Below, piece by piece: positions 1 to 15,000 of a stretch of 64,000 nucleotides of DNA (position 1 is its first letter; each line of letters starts with the position of its first letter). The stretch covers positions 86,744 to 150,743 of the forward strand of contig CALFVX010000001.1 in the NCBI GenBank assembly GCA_937928765.1, in the 5' to 3' direction. The position numbers were made by a program, and so were the translations under genes. The stretch is from an uncultured Endomicrobiia bacterium (GTDB lineage Bacteria > Elusimicrobiota > Endomicrobiia > DTEH01). The notes beneath the pieces were generated by a model. It did no database searches and was not told where the DNA came from. It saw only the letters and a program-made list of their open reading frames with translations.

Positions 1-1
1 G

Positions 2-3000
2 ACAAAGAAACCTGAATCTGTAGTTGCATTCTCGCCATATCCTGAAAATGTTAAATTGAACACATTGCCTGTGATAAGCGGTACTGCTGATGATTACCCT
101 GATTCGTCTGAAGCAATTTATGCAACAGGTGTATCAACATCTGAAGTAGCAGGCGGGTTCAACCAAGGTGTACAGATTGCGTTAAGACAACTTGCGTATC
201 CATCAACATACTATGGCAAGGCAGCACCTGCTGGATGGAATAAACAAGAACCTGAATGGATATATGTCCATTATTCGTCAATAACAAAGAGATGGTATAT
301 AGAAAACCAAGAACTTGGTACATTTACAGGTCCAGGTGACCCACCTGATGGCTGGTATCAAATAATACCGAGAGCAAACGATAAAGCAGGTAATTATGAG
401 ACACTGTTTAACACAAGAACTTTCTGCTGGGATACAACACCGCCAAGTTCGTTAACTACATATCCATCAAGTGGCTCATATGTTGCTTCAATCACACAAA
501 TCACAGGCACCGCAAATGAAAATGTTGCAGGTATTGATAAAGTATATTTATGGTTAATTCGTGGTAGTGATAACAATTACTGGACAGGTTCTAACTGGAG
601 CACGACTGAATCGTCATTCACAATACCGCTCTCAGGCGAAGTTGGTATCTCAACTTGGACTTTGAACACTTCACCTACACTAACAGACGGTGTAACATAT
701 TTCATAAGAACAGTTGGTAAAGACCTTGCCGGGAATATACAACAAACATATACAGAGATAAAATTTATTTGCGATTTACGTGGTCCTGACGTAGTTGTTC
801 GTACTCCTGACGATTCTACACCGAATGACCCTGTAACACCGAGGTTGTCAGTTTTAACAACAATCTCAGGGACTGCTTCTGATACAGGGATAGGGACAAT
901 TTCAGAAGTAAGATGGAGGATAAAACATCTACGGCTTGGTCAATACTGGGATGGCGATGGATATCTTATCACGGATTATAATATTCCAGAGACAAACAAA
1001 GAATCAGCATGGTTTGTTGTTAAGACAACAGTTACACCTGAATGGTCAGTTTGGTTTGGGACATTCTCTTTCCTTACTGATGAAAGATACCAAATAGAAT
1101 TTAGGGCAAAAGATACATTAGGCAACTACACTATTTCTTATGCTACAATTTCGTTCACATTTGATACAAATAGGCCGCAATCAGGTGTTTCATTCCCTGC
1201 TAATAATTCGTTCGTAAAAACGATTACTGGTGGAATCCAAGGCACAGCACAAGATATGGGTGTAAACTTCCCAGGTTCTGTGCCACAAGTAAGGCTTGCT
1301 ATAAAGAGATTATCAGATGGTTATTGGTGGAGCCATTTTGATTCTACATTCTCAGCGACACAACCGCCACCGCCTGATGGTTGGGTAGGCGTGATTCCTG
1401 TTGCTGGGCAATGGTCATATTCCACTATAACCGATGCACATCTCACAAGCGGTGTTTCGTATTACATTACAACATCTGCACAGGATGATGCAACACCGCC
1501 AAATTTTGAAGGTTATTACCATATACGTTCCTCAACATTTACTTTTGATAACACAGCACCACAAGTTGTAATAACAAGACCGCCAACTACCGCTGTATAT
1601 AATACTATTCCAACAATCTCAGGTACAGCAACTGATAACGCTGCAGGTGTGAACAGAGTAGAAATAAGAATACAGAGGACTTCAGACAATTATTACTGGA
1701 TAGACCCTGACGGTGATGGTGTAGGCAGTTGGGCTGTTTCAGGGACAACAGTGGTACCGTGTAATTTGAGTTTACCTTACTGGTGGTATTATCCTGTTTC
1801 AGGGTTTAACCCACAACATGGTGTGACTTACAAGATAGAAGCGCGCGGGTTTGATGTTGCGTTCAACACTTCAGCATGGACAACTGCAAACCAGTTCACT
1901 TATGATATTGATTACCCATCCGCTGCTGTTATTTCACCTGCGAACGAATCTTTTGTTAACATCTCGCCAGTGACAATCTCAGGAACTGCGTTTGATTCAA
2001 TCTCAGGTGATCCTTTAGCAAGTGTAGAAATTGCTATTGCATCTAATTCTGTTTCACCTGCGGGTTCGTGGTGGGATGGAACATCGTGGACAGCACAGTC
2101 AGAAGTATGGTTTTCAACTTTAACTTATAACTCATTACCTGAGCCGGATGAATGGACTTATCAAACACCGCCGCTGGAAAATGGTAAGAAATACTTCATA
2201 AGGTTAAAAGTAACAGACCGTGCCGGGAATCAAAGAGTTATTGATTCAATTAAGTTCACTTACGATGCTACTCCACCAACTATTGTCCTGCTAGAACCTC
2301 AAGGACACGGACCAAATAACAATTATGAAGGTCCTAATACTTTACCTTTAATCTCTGGTACTGCAACTGATACTTCACCAGGTGCTGTTAGTTCAGTCCG
2401 TGTATGGATAACAACAAACCCAGCTTCGCCATGGTACTGGAACGGTTCAGGCTGGCAAAATACTGAGTACTATTTCAATGCAGATATTTCAGCATTGCCA
2501 ACTTGGAAACTTACGAATTTTGGTACACCGTGGCAACATAATGTCACATTCAGGGTTATAGCAAAAGCGTATGATACAGCAGGTAACCCTTCAGGTGAAG
2601 CATCAAAAGATTTTGTATATGATTCCGTTGTTCCTGTTTCTACAATCACTTATCCAGCTGCAGGTATGAATATAAGAAGTTTGACAGTGATTTCAGGGAC
2701 AATGTCTGATGCTCAATCTGGTGTTTACAAAGTAAGATGTGCAATAAGACACCCTGCAGGAACGTTCTGGAACGGCAGTGCGTGGGTAAGTTATAACGAA
2801 TCAACTTGTTGGCTTGAAGCAACAGTTTATCCGTCAAGTTATGTGTTCACGAATTTACCTACGAGTTGGGATGATAGAACTGTATATAGATGTTATGTCC
2901 GTGCTGAAGATAATGTTAACAACAACGAACCTGCACCGTCAGACTGGCTTACTTCCGGTACACCGTTTAGAATAGATTATTCATCACCAACTTCAGTTGT

Positions 3001-6000
3001 CTCGGATACGGTCCTGCAATCCGGAACAACGGTATATTTACAAGGATATATAACCTCAGTTGCAGGTACTGCAAGCGATTTAACTGGTGGTTCAGGTGTT
3101 TCGGAAGTTAGAATTAGAGTAAAAAGAGATGACGGACTTTATATGAATGCTGCAGAGAACGACTGGACCACGGATAGTAGTTTCAACTTACTTGCTTCCG
3201 GTGCAGAAAGTTGGAATAAAGTGTTCACTTCGCCACAAATGTTTGAAGATGGGCATTGGTATGAGATAGAATCACAAGCAAAAGATAAAGTTGTGCCAAC
3301 AGCGAACACGCAAACTACATATACACCTGCACGGTTCTATGTAGATAAATCATCACCAATCGCAAGTATAACTTATCCCGGTAATACCACACCTAACGAT
3401 TTACATTACAACTGGACAAGTAATTTCACTATCTACGGACCACGACAGGATGTGTATCCATTCCCGAATGCTATACCGAGCGGTGTGAACAAAGCAGAAA
3501 TAGCAATAAGAAGGTTATCCGATGGTAAATATTTCACATCAGGCGGGTTCACAAGTGATATCTCAAGTTATCATGTATGCTCATTATGGGAATCATCCTG
3601 GACTTATACATTCAATTACACATATTTAACTGATAACACTTCTTATACAATCACAGCACGGACATATGACCGTGCAGGGAATACTACACAAAGTCAAGAC
3701 AATTATTTCGTTTATGATATATCAAGTCCAGTTTCAGTAACAGTTCTTCCTCAAGAAGGTGTTTTGTATGACAATAACACATTATCCACAATTTCAGGCA
3801 CAGCGGAAGATTTAGTTGTTGGCGGGTTAGGTAGAGTGGTTTCAGTTGAAATGAAACTCTGGCGTTCACCTTACGGTGCGAACGATTACTGGACTGGTAC
3901 AACCTGGGGTGCTGAGACATGGCTTAATACAACAGGTGGGTATAGTGGTACAACTTACTACTGGTATTATAATGTTACCAATGTCTTATGGAATGTTGAC
4001 GAAACTGAATACAAAGTTATCACGAGGGCAAAAGATAAAGCAGGTAATGTTGAAATTTCACTACCAACACGGACATTCAGGTTTAGGCCACTTTTGCCAA
4101 ATTCATATATAACAGTCCCATTAAACAACAAATATTATTCAACACTTACTGCTATTGCAGGTACAGCACAATATGCTGAATCTGTCCTTGTAGCAATAGT
4201 TCGTAAATCAGACGGATATTACTATAACGGAGCACAAACATCACCATATTGGACTGATACTGAAACCTGGCTTGTTCCTGAAGGGACATCAACATGGTCA
4301 TATAACATACCTGCTGGGGACAACTTATGGGTTTATGGTTCTTCATATACTGTAAGAAGCAAAGCAAAATCTTTATACGGTGACAGATGGCAAGGTGACC
4401 CTGGACAGTTGCCTATCACTGAATCTTTATTCTGGTTTGATAACCAGCCACCAACATCGGTAGTTAACTCGCCGTCTGCAGGTGTTCCACATTATAACGC
4501 TACTACATTGCCTACAATCTCAGGTACTGCAACTGATGAACTTGCAGGTGTGTCAAAAGTTGAATATTCTCTTCAAGATTTAACCCGAGGGACTACTTTC
4601 TGGAATGCTACAATTCAAGATTGGGTTTCAGTAGTAGAATACTGGAACCAAGCAAACTGGACACAGCCTGTCTGGAGCACATATATACCTGCAGGTTTCT
4701 TCACTGACGGCCATCGGTATCGTGTAAAATCTAAAGCATACGATAACACTTTGCCATCACCGGGAATAATTGAAGTGCCACAGGCAGGTAGAGATTTCAT
4801 ATTTGATATCTCAAAACCTACTGCTACTGTGACAAAACCGCCTGCTGGTGGTGTAGCGTCACCGTTTACCTATGATGGACAAACAGTTTACGCATATAAA
4901 TCATCGTTCACATTTACAGGTGATATGCTTGATCTCGCACCAGGTATACCTGAGAGAACACAGATTTATATCTATAATTTTGTTGATAATGTATATTACA
5001 CAGGTTCTGGCTGGCAAAGTGAGTTAGTATGGATAAGTACAGAAACTGCCGGGTTTACGATTTATACTTCATCTTGGGCATATGATACATCAGCATTATG
5101 GACAGGTGCAAGTGGTAAAAAGTTCTTAATAGTTTCAAAAGCAAAAGATAAAGCAGGCAACTGGCAAGAAAATTATGTTGTTGGAACTTCATCAGTACAG
5201 TTCATATTTGATACCCAACCACCACAGACAACTATCACATTACCATCACAACCTTCAGGTAGTGCTACAAACAATTTAGCCAATATCTCAGGTACTTCAA
5301 CTGATGCAACACAGGCATACTATGTAGGCACAAATTCGGTCAAACTCAAGATTTACGATGCTACAGCTGGGTTGTGGTACCAAGGTGGCGGTATCTGGGG
5401 GACAGAAGTAACAACACTTACAGCCTCAGGGATTGACCCGTGGAGTTATTCCGGTGTCAACTGGACAACTGATAGGAGATACTACATCTATCACTGGGCA
5501 ATAGATAAACTTTCTAACGAAGGTGTACCAAGTTCGTATGTTATCACTTACGATACCACACCACCAGTTTCACAAATTACATATCCGCAGGATGGCGGTA
5601 ATTACAAAAGTTTACAAGTTATCTCTGGGACAGCAAATGCTGAGTTAAGCGGGTTAAGTGAAGTAAGGATACAGGTATCATCATGGACTGGCAGTGGTTG
5701 GTATGTTTTAAGTGGCTATGATTTTGTTTCTGTGAACAATGTTTGGACATCTTCGTGGTCATGGACAAGCGGTTTACCTTTATGGGTTGATGGTGTAACT
5801 TATAGATTAATCTCGCGTGCAGTTGACCGTGCAGGGAATCAAGAAGTTGTGTTGTCCACTGTAACATTTAAGTACGACACAACTCCGCCAAGTATTGTAA
5901 TTTCCGTCCCTGAAAATAATAAATGGTACTCATCCAATTCTGGTGCGAACAATTTGGCAACAATATCAGGTACTTCATCTGATTTAACCAGCGGTACTAC

Positions 6001-9000
6001 TATGGTTTATATAAGAGTATTGAATATTACCGATAATGTTTGGGTAGTAGGTGATGCTAATAATTTCGTTGTTGCATCAGGAACAAATCCTTGGACTTAT
6101 CCATCACCTGCTTATGTTGACGGCTGTAAATATGTAGTTGAAGCAAAAGCAGTTGACAACGCAGGCAACTTTAGTAATGTTGTATCTTCAACATTTACCT
6201 GGGATACTACATTGCCAAAAATAACTTTGCAAAAACCTGATAGTGATTACCATAATTATTTACCTACGATTTCAGGTACTGCCTGGGAAGTATCTGCGTC
6301 CAATGGTAAACCTGAAAAATCGTATCTATACAAAGCACAATTTGCAATAAGACGTATAACCGAACCATCATACTGGTGGAACAATACTGTTAAAGATTTC
6401 AACCTTGATTCGGAGACATATTACGATGCTACAGTAAATGTTGTTCCCGGTAGTTTAGAAGGTAGTTGGTATGTAACAGGTGTTGATACACCAACTTGGA
6501 TTAACGGTTATGAATATCTTGTTAAAGTTCGTGTATTTGACCGTGCAATGAATGTTTCCACTGAGACAATAACTTTGAAACAGTTTATATACGATATCAC
6601 AAGACCGACTTCAAAACTCTTAGAACCACCGGAGTCAGCGTCTGTTTTAGCAAGAAGAAGTTTACCGACAATTTCAGGTACTGCTGAAGATACTTCACCT
6701 GGTAAAGTTGGACAAGTTGAACTGAGGATCCAGGATACGATTGATATCACTTACTGGTCACCTTCGGCTAATGATTTCATTAATTTCCCAAATCCAGAAG
6801 ATGCATGGTTTGTTGCGTTGACAACTTCGGCACAATGGACTGTCTGGGTTTCAACATTTAACGAACTCAAATGGACCGAAGGCAAGATTTATAGGATTGA
6901 ATGTCGTGCTCGTGATTTAGCAACAAATTATGACAATGTATATTCAACAACATATTTCAAATGGGATAAAACACCGCCTGATTCGGTTGTTAATTTCCCT
7001 GAGAATGGCAAATCATATCGTCAATTGACAATTATATCCGGCACAACGATAGACCGTGCAGGCGCAGCTGTAGGTGTTGGTATTTCAGATAATACAAAGG
7101 TTAAAGTTGCTATAAGGAATAATCAGACAGGTCTGTGGTGGGACGGGTTCTCATCGTTCAACCAGCCCGAGGCTAACAAATGGCGTAATTCAACAAGTTT
7201 AGTAGATTTAGGCGGTTCACAATATAGATGGGAATATACAGGACTAATAGATGCATACCTTACATCTGGTGTAAGTTATTATATCCAGGTATATGCTGAA
7301 GACCGTGCTGGTAATATTGAAACGCTTGTTGGTGAATGCACATTCTGGTTTGACAATGCAGAACCTGATTCGTTTATACAACTTCCTGAAGATGTGTCAC
7401 CACATAAGTTCTATACCGCACTACCGACAATCTCAGGTACATCTTATGATGCTACAGCAGGGGTTGAAAAAGTTGAACTACATATAAGAGATTTGTCAGC
7501 TGATAAACCATGGCTTGGGTCAGGTTCAGGCTGGGGTACTGCAGGAACTACAAGTTATGTATTAACAACTTTAAGTTCTGCAGGAACATTCTGGTATTAT
7601 GTTGATGTTCCGCAATGGGAACAAGGAAAACGGTATAGAATCTCATCTCGTGCAACAGATAAAGTTGTATATCCTTCAGGAAATGTTGAAACTACAGAAT
7701 CTATCCGCTATGTTGTTATAGAATCTTCAGCACCACGAACTTGGTTTGTGTTCCCATCGCCAAATTATGATACTAAATATAACTCATTACCAACCATAAC
7801 AGGTACCTGTGTTGATTACCCATTAAGTCCGTTATATAAATCCGATATACAGCGTGTTGAAGTTTTAATCCAGGATTTAACTTATCCTTCTACTTATTGG
7901 AACGGTACAGTATGGCAGGAAGGCGAACCTGCAGATTGGCCTGATGCAACTGTTAGCGGTGTAACAGAAGTAAAGAACTGGCAGTATCCATCACCCACAT
8001 GGACAACTGGTAAAAAATACAAAGTTACAGCACGGGCACAGGATAATTTAAATGTTTATCAAACACCTGTGAGTTCTACAACTTTCATATTTGATACCAC
8101 ACCACCGGTATCTTATGTTACAAGACCACAGGAAAATGTAGGGTATAATTCAACAACGAATATACTTTCTACAGTATCAGGCACAGCATGTGATATAGAT
8201 CCTATAGGTCAAGGTAATTATGCTGGGTTTGGCAGTGTTAGTATAGCAGTAAAAGTTATTGATTATCCTGCTGTAGGTCTTGTAAGATGGTGGGAATGGT
8301 ATGGCTCAAGTGGCGGGTTTACAGCAACAGTTGAGACCTGGCGTCCTTGCGAGATATATTCAGTTATAGGGAACACTGTGTCTTGGAGGTTCACAGAGAT
8401 TTCATCCACAGCATGGTTGTCACCATACAGTTATCAAATCAAGACACGTGCTGTTGATGCTCTCGGTAATACTGAGACACCACTGCCTGTAAGAAACTTC
8501 TCAGTTGATGCTACACCACCAACATCGGTTATTAACTTCCCAGTCAATGGGCAGAGTTATACAAATGTAACATCAATCTATGGTACAGCAGAAGATATAC
8601 CTTCAGGTATAAGTAAAGTAGAGATACAGATCTTGCGCGAGGATACGAACCAGCAATGGGCAGGTAGTGCTTACGGCTGGCTACCTGCAGGACAATCCAC
8701 ATGGGTTGTGACGAATTTAACTGCTGTATATCCAACATCAGCAACCTGGCAATACACAGATGTACCACTATGGCCAAGTGGTGTGTATTATCAAGTTCGT
8801 TCAAGAGCAACCGATACTGCAGGTAACCCTGAGACACCGTCAACCTATGTAAGGTTCTCAATTGATAATCTTGCACACCTGCCAGTTATCCAGAAACCTG
8901 AACATAACACAGGCTATACTGGCAATACAGGTGCAAAACCCTTAACTACAATTTCCGGTACTGCAACAGACGATTTCTCAGGTATTTACGAAGTAAGGAT

Positions 9001-12000
9001 AAGAATTCAAGATTTAGTTACTGGCAACTACTGGGATGGTCAATCGTTTGCAGGGACTGACCCTAACGCTTCAGCTGTATGGCGTGTAGTTTATTCAACT
9101 GACCAAGCAGGAGTTTTAGGTCCTGTTAACTGGCAACTACCACATCCTGTTGGCGGTTCAGTGCCAACTTGGACAAGTGGTAAAAATTACAATGTAGTAG
9201 CAAGAATCCAGGATTATGCTGGTAATATCTCAACATTCACTGTAGCTATTAATTCTAACACTTTCACAATAGATTCATCACCACCTGAGGTTGTTATCAT
9301 AAGACCGTTATCACAACCAACTACACCTGTTTATTCATCAATGGCAACAATTTCAGGTACTGCTGCTGACAAACCAGAAGCACCATTGTATAATTCAGGT
9401 GTAGCACAGGTATGGGTTAAGATCTATTATCTTTTAGACGGGAACACATACTACTGGAACGGGACAGAATTTTCTTCATGGACATATCCTACTGATGGTA
9501 TCCTTGCTACAGGGACAACTTCGTGGATATACACTGCAGGGTTCAGTTGGTCTGATGGAAGATTATATTATGTCCAAGCACGCTCTAAAGATAACGCTGA
9601 CAACTGGTCAAACTGGGTAACCAATACATTCATATTTGATTCTGTAGCACCACCAGCACCTGTGATAAATTATCCATTACAACTTAGAGCATATCGTGAT
9701 TTGCCACAGATAACAGGTACAGCAACTGATGAACATTCAAGAATTTATAAAATAGAGATCTATTTACAAGATGTTACTCGTGGGACAACTTACTGGGATA
9801 ACATACAAAGTACATGGGTTGCTTCAGTTACACCTGTATGGTTTGAAATCGGAACTTACGATTCACAGAATGTAGTTTGGCAATGGAATATACCATCTCC
9901 ACAGACAACTCTAACTGATGGTCATACTTATGATATCAAAGCACGTGCATACGATGCTGCTAACAATTTAAGTGGAGAATCAAACATACGAAGGTTCTTC
10001 CAGGATACTTCATATCCTTATTCAGCAGTTTTACCACCACCTGCAAACAATGCTTATTATCGTGAAATAACAACAATTTCAGGGACAAGTTATGATGATA
10101 CTGCAGGTGTAGAGACAGTAGAGATTGGTCTACAGCGGTTAGATAACAACCAATGGTGGAACAATACATTACAAGCATGGGATGTTAACCCGCAATGGAT
10201 ACCTGCAACTGTAGGAGGTAGTGTTGGTGATAAAGTTCGTAGCTGGAGTGTTTCCATAGCAACCTCAGCATGGGCACATGGGTTATCTTATAGATTAAGA
10301 ACACGGGCTAAAGATTATGTTGCTAACTTTACTCATTACGAAGGTGGCACTGCTGACGGCGTAATAAGAGTTGAACCTTTCTATTGTGATAAAGAAGCAC
10401 CACTGTTTGCTACCGTAGTGCCACAAAATAATACAAGGTATAGAGCATTACCTACAATCTCAGGTACTGCGACTGATACACCTGCAGGTGTTAACCTTGT
10501 TGAAATTGCAGTGTATCGGCTTGATTTTAATGATTACTGGGACGCTTCTGTAAACGACTGGAAGGGTGCACCTTCAAATATCTGGGATATAACTAATCTT
10601 ATTGGCTCAACCTGGACATATACAAAGATTGCTGATAACAACAAATGGACAAGCGGTGCAAGGTATCATATATATGTGCGGGCAATAGATAACGCAGGAA
10701 ACATCACACCACATACCACAACCTGGGTACAACTTGACTGGGCACCACCGGTGTCAAGAATTACCGAGCCAGGTCCGGGTGATGTGGTCTATAGAAATAT
10801 CGTAATACCTACAATCTCGGGTACAGCACAGGATATAACCCCTGGAACAGGAATATCAGAAGTAAGGATAAGAATACAACGTTCCGACGGTGCCTGGTTT
10901 GACGGTTTAGCATGGTCAGGGACTGAAAATACATGGTTGCTTGCTGATGAACTTATCCCAGGAACACCGTATCAATGGCGTAAACTAAATATGTCAGATA
11001 AATGGACTTCTGGGTACTCTTACAAGATAAACTCGCGTGCTAAAGATGCTGTCCAGGTACCACCAGATGAAAATAAAGAAATTAATTTCTCAACAGTAAC
11101 TTATTATTACGATACAACAGCACCAACTTCAAAAATAAACCTTCCTGAAAATAATGCCTGGAGAAATACTTTGACACAAATCACAGGTACTGCTACCGAC
11201 CCAACGATTATATTAGGTGGTGCGCCATCTAACATAGACAAAGTAGAAATTTCAATCCAGCGTCTATCCGACGGATATTATTGGTACGGCTCTTCGTTCT
11301 CTGCAGGAACAGTTCATTGGGCAACAACTACTATCACTGAAGTTCAACCAACTTCGTGGACTTTCACATATTCAATGCTTGATTCCTACTGGACTGATAA
11401 CACATCTTACACAATTGTATGTCGTGCGTATGACCGTGCAACGAACCTTGCCTGGGGGACAACGAATTATTTCATATTTGATACTTCAGCACCAACTTCA
11501 GCAATAACTTACGGTGGTCCTGTGGACGAAGTTAACAATCCAATTGGATACTTACCAAATTATCCTGTAAGAACAGTGCTTACAATTATCACAGGGACAG
11601 CTGCGGATTACGGTTTAGGTAAACCTGATAAAATACAACTACAGGTTCGTCGTATTAATCCTACACCGGTTAAATATCTTGCAAACGATTTAACATTTGT
11701 AGATTACACAACCTGGGTTGTTGTAAATGTAGGTCCTGACGGTATCTGGAATTTTAACACTTCAGCAGTAGGATGGTTATCGTTCTCAGATTACGAGATG
11801 CAATCCCGTGCTATAGATAAAGCAGGAAATGTTGAACCTGTATGGTCTACTGTTAGAACATTCAGGATGGAACCTGAACGTGCAAGGTCGGTCATTACAT
11901 CAGTTGAAAACGGTAAGTTCTATCAATCAGTTTCTGCTATTGGTGGAACAGCAACACAGAATCCTTTAACTGAACGGCTGGATTTAAGAATAAAACGTGA

Positions 12001-15000
12001 AACTGACGGATATTATTGGTCAGATTCTTTAGGCAGTTGGGTTAACTTCTCAACCTGGGTTGTAATTTTATCGCCTACATTACCTAACTGGTCATATTCA
12101 CATCCTAACTTACAATTTGTCCACGGGTCAAGTTATACCGTAGCATCAAAAGCATGGAGATTATCACCACTTGTTGCTGAATATGATACCGAACCGCCAG
12201 GACCACCACCGAATGTAATGCCAACATTCTGGATTGACAATGTTGCACCGTCTGCAGGTATCACTTTACCAAATAAAGCATATGTTAATAACTTACCGAC
12301 AATTTCAGGTACTGCAACAGACGGATTATCCGGTATAAACAGAGTAGAACTCTATATCCGTGACACATTACAAGGTCCTAATACTTATTGGTCTCAATAT
12401 TCACAACAATGGGTGAATTATACTACAGCATGTATACCTTCATATTCCGCAGGTGAATGGATATTCATAGGTTCAACACCAACATGGCAGAATTTAACAA
12501 CTTACGGGTTAAAAGTAAAAGCATACGATAACTCAATTCCTGCTAACACTTACGAAACTTCAGAATTTATCTTCACTTATGATTTAGTCCCTCCTACTGC
12601 AACAATAACTTCACCGGTACACGGCTCAACTATGTCTTTTGTTAATGTGATTTCAGGCAATTATTATGAACTACCGACACCACAAGTTAATTCAATTGAT
12701 AAAATAGAAATAAGGATACAAGCACTTGGTGGTTCACAAGCAGGCAGGTACTGGCGTGATTCACCAGCAGGATGGACTCTGTCAGAAACCTGGAACTCAA
12801 GCACAGAGACTGTAAAAATTTATCCCTCTTCATGGACATATATCAAGCCCACAGCACTTAACTGGGAACACAATGTTTGGTATTCAATAGTAGTCCGTGC
12901 TAAAGATATTGCAGGTAATCAGCAATCTATATTTAATCTCGGTATATCATCAATTACATTCCTATTTGATGCTCAACCGCCGATAACTAATGTCACAACG
13001 CCTGGACAGACATATCTTAATGCTCCACCAATCAACTTCACAGGTAATTTAACTGATGAACTCTCAGGTGCTGCAACCGTATATCTGAAGTTATATCTGT
13101 GGCTACCCGATGGAACAACATATTACTGGACAGGTGTTGCATGGTCTTCAACAGTTGTTGATGCTACAGCTATACCTACGGAAGAACTCGCACCAAAATA
13201 TTCACCACCGTCAGCTGTGTGGTCACATCCGTTCCCTGCCGGACTGACATTCGCTTCAATTGGCGGATATACAGATAAGAAATATAACCTCAAAGTCCAA
13301 GGTATAGACGGTGCACAACCTTATGGAAACATAGAACCCTGGGATGCAGGATTTGATTTCTATATAGACACAACACCTCCAAGGTCTTATATTGGATATC
13401 CACAAAATAATGCTAAGTTGAATTCATTAACTTTGATCTCAGGTACTGCTAACGGTTTCTATTCAGGATTACAAACTGTTGATATACAAATCTCTTCATG
13501 GACAGGTACAAGTTGGTCAATTGTACAAGATTGGACATCAGTAGATAACGATACTTCAACGCCGGGTGATATAACTGTTGTCTGGAGTAAAACATCAGGG
13601 TTACCAACATGGCAGGATGGTGTGAACTACAGAATAATTTCTCGGGCAAGAGATAATGCTGGGAATTACGAAGTTGTATTATCTACTGTAGAGTTCTTGT
13701 ACGATATCACACCGCCTGATGTTTATATCCAGAACCCGCCACAAGGTGTGTATTCATACCGTGGTCCTTCTACATCTTTAAATCCTTTGCCAACCATCTC
13801 AGGGACTGCAAGTGATACTTTGACTGATATTGTAAAAGTTGAGATAAGGATTAAAGATAACACTGACGGATTATATTACGATGGTTCAAACTGGGTGAAT
13901 AACCCGAGCACATGGGTTGTATGTACAGGAACTTCGCCATGGATATATGTTTCACCAGTATGGGAAAATGGTAAAGAATATATAATCAACGCGCGTGCAG
14001 TTGACAGCGCAGGGAACTTAACTCCAATGACAACGGCAACATTCTTGTTTGATTCAACATTGCCGACAATTTCATTAAAAGACCCGAACGCTGAGTTTGA
14101 ACGTTCATTACCTACAATTTCAGGTACTGCTCAAGATTCAGACCCTGACGGTGCTGGACCTTTGAAGAGGTCAGGGATTCAAACTGTCCAGGTAGCAATT
14201 TATAGTTATACTGATGGAAGTTGGTGGAACAATACTGCAAAAGTGTTCAATATTACAAACGAATCTGATGCTTATTATCCTGTCAGTGGCCCTTCACCAC
14301 TACCTGTTGACTTTGTCAACTGGTATGTAACAGATGTTGATACACCAACATGGATGAATAACCAGAGGTATAAAGTTAAATGTCGTGTTATAGACCGTTC
14401 AGGAAACATTTCTACAATGACTGTGCTTGAACAGATATTTGTATACGATATTTCGCCACCGGATTCTATTATCCGTTTACCTGAATTAAGTTATTACAAC
14501 TACTTACCAACAATCTCTGGTACATCGCAAGATACAAATTCAGAAGGTGAAATACAAAAAGTTGAAGTCCGTGTGTGGAATTATACATTAACACAATTTG
14601 TTAATCCTCAAGGTGAAGGGGTCGGAACAAATCCTGATACTTCATGGTTTGTCACACAGACAACAACATCATGGCAGATATGGTTTAATCCGTGGACGTT
14701 TACAAGCGGAACTAAATACAGAATAGAATCTCGTGCACAGGATAAAGCAGGAAATTATCAAGTGAATTATTCAACCAAATCCTTCAGATACGATACCGAG
14801 ATACCGAATTCATATGTCACATTCCCTGCTAATGCAACATTTAGAAGAACATTGCCAATTATCTCAGGTACAGCAATAGATATCCCACCTGTAGCAACAG
14901 GTGACGGTTATGGCGGTAGTGGTCTTGCACAAATACAGGTCGCTATACAGAATAAGATGACAGGTTTGTGGTGGGACGGTTCAGGATTTAACCTTTCAGG

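Noticed and set aside
56-58. TTG start assigned to the giant ORF by the ORF track
   Set aside because: The frame is open from base 2, the codon lies inside a repeat unit, and there is no RBS or signal peptide.
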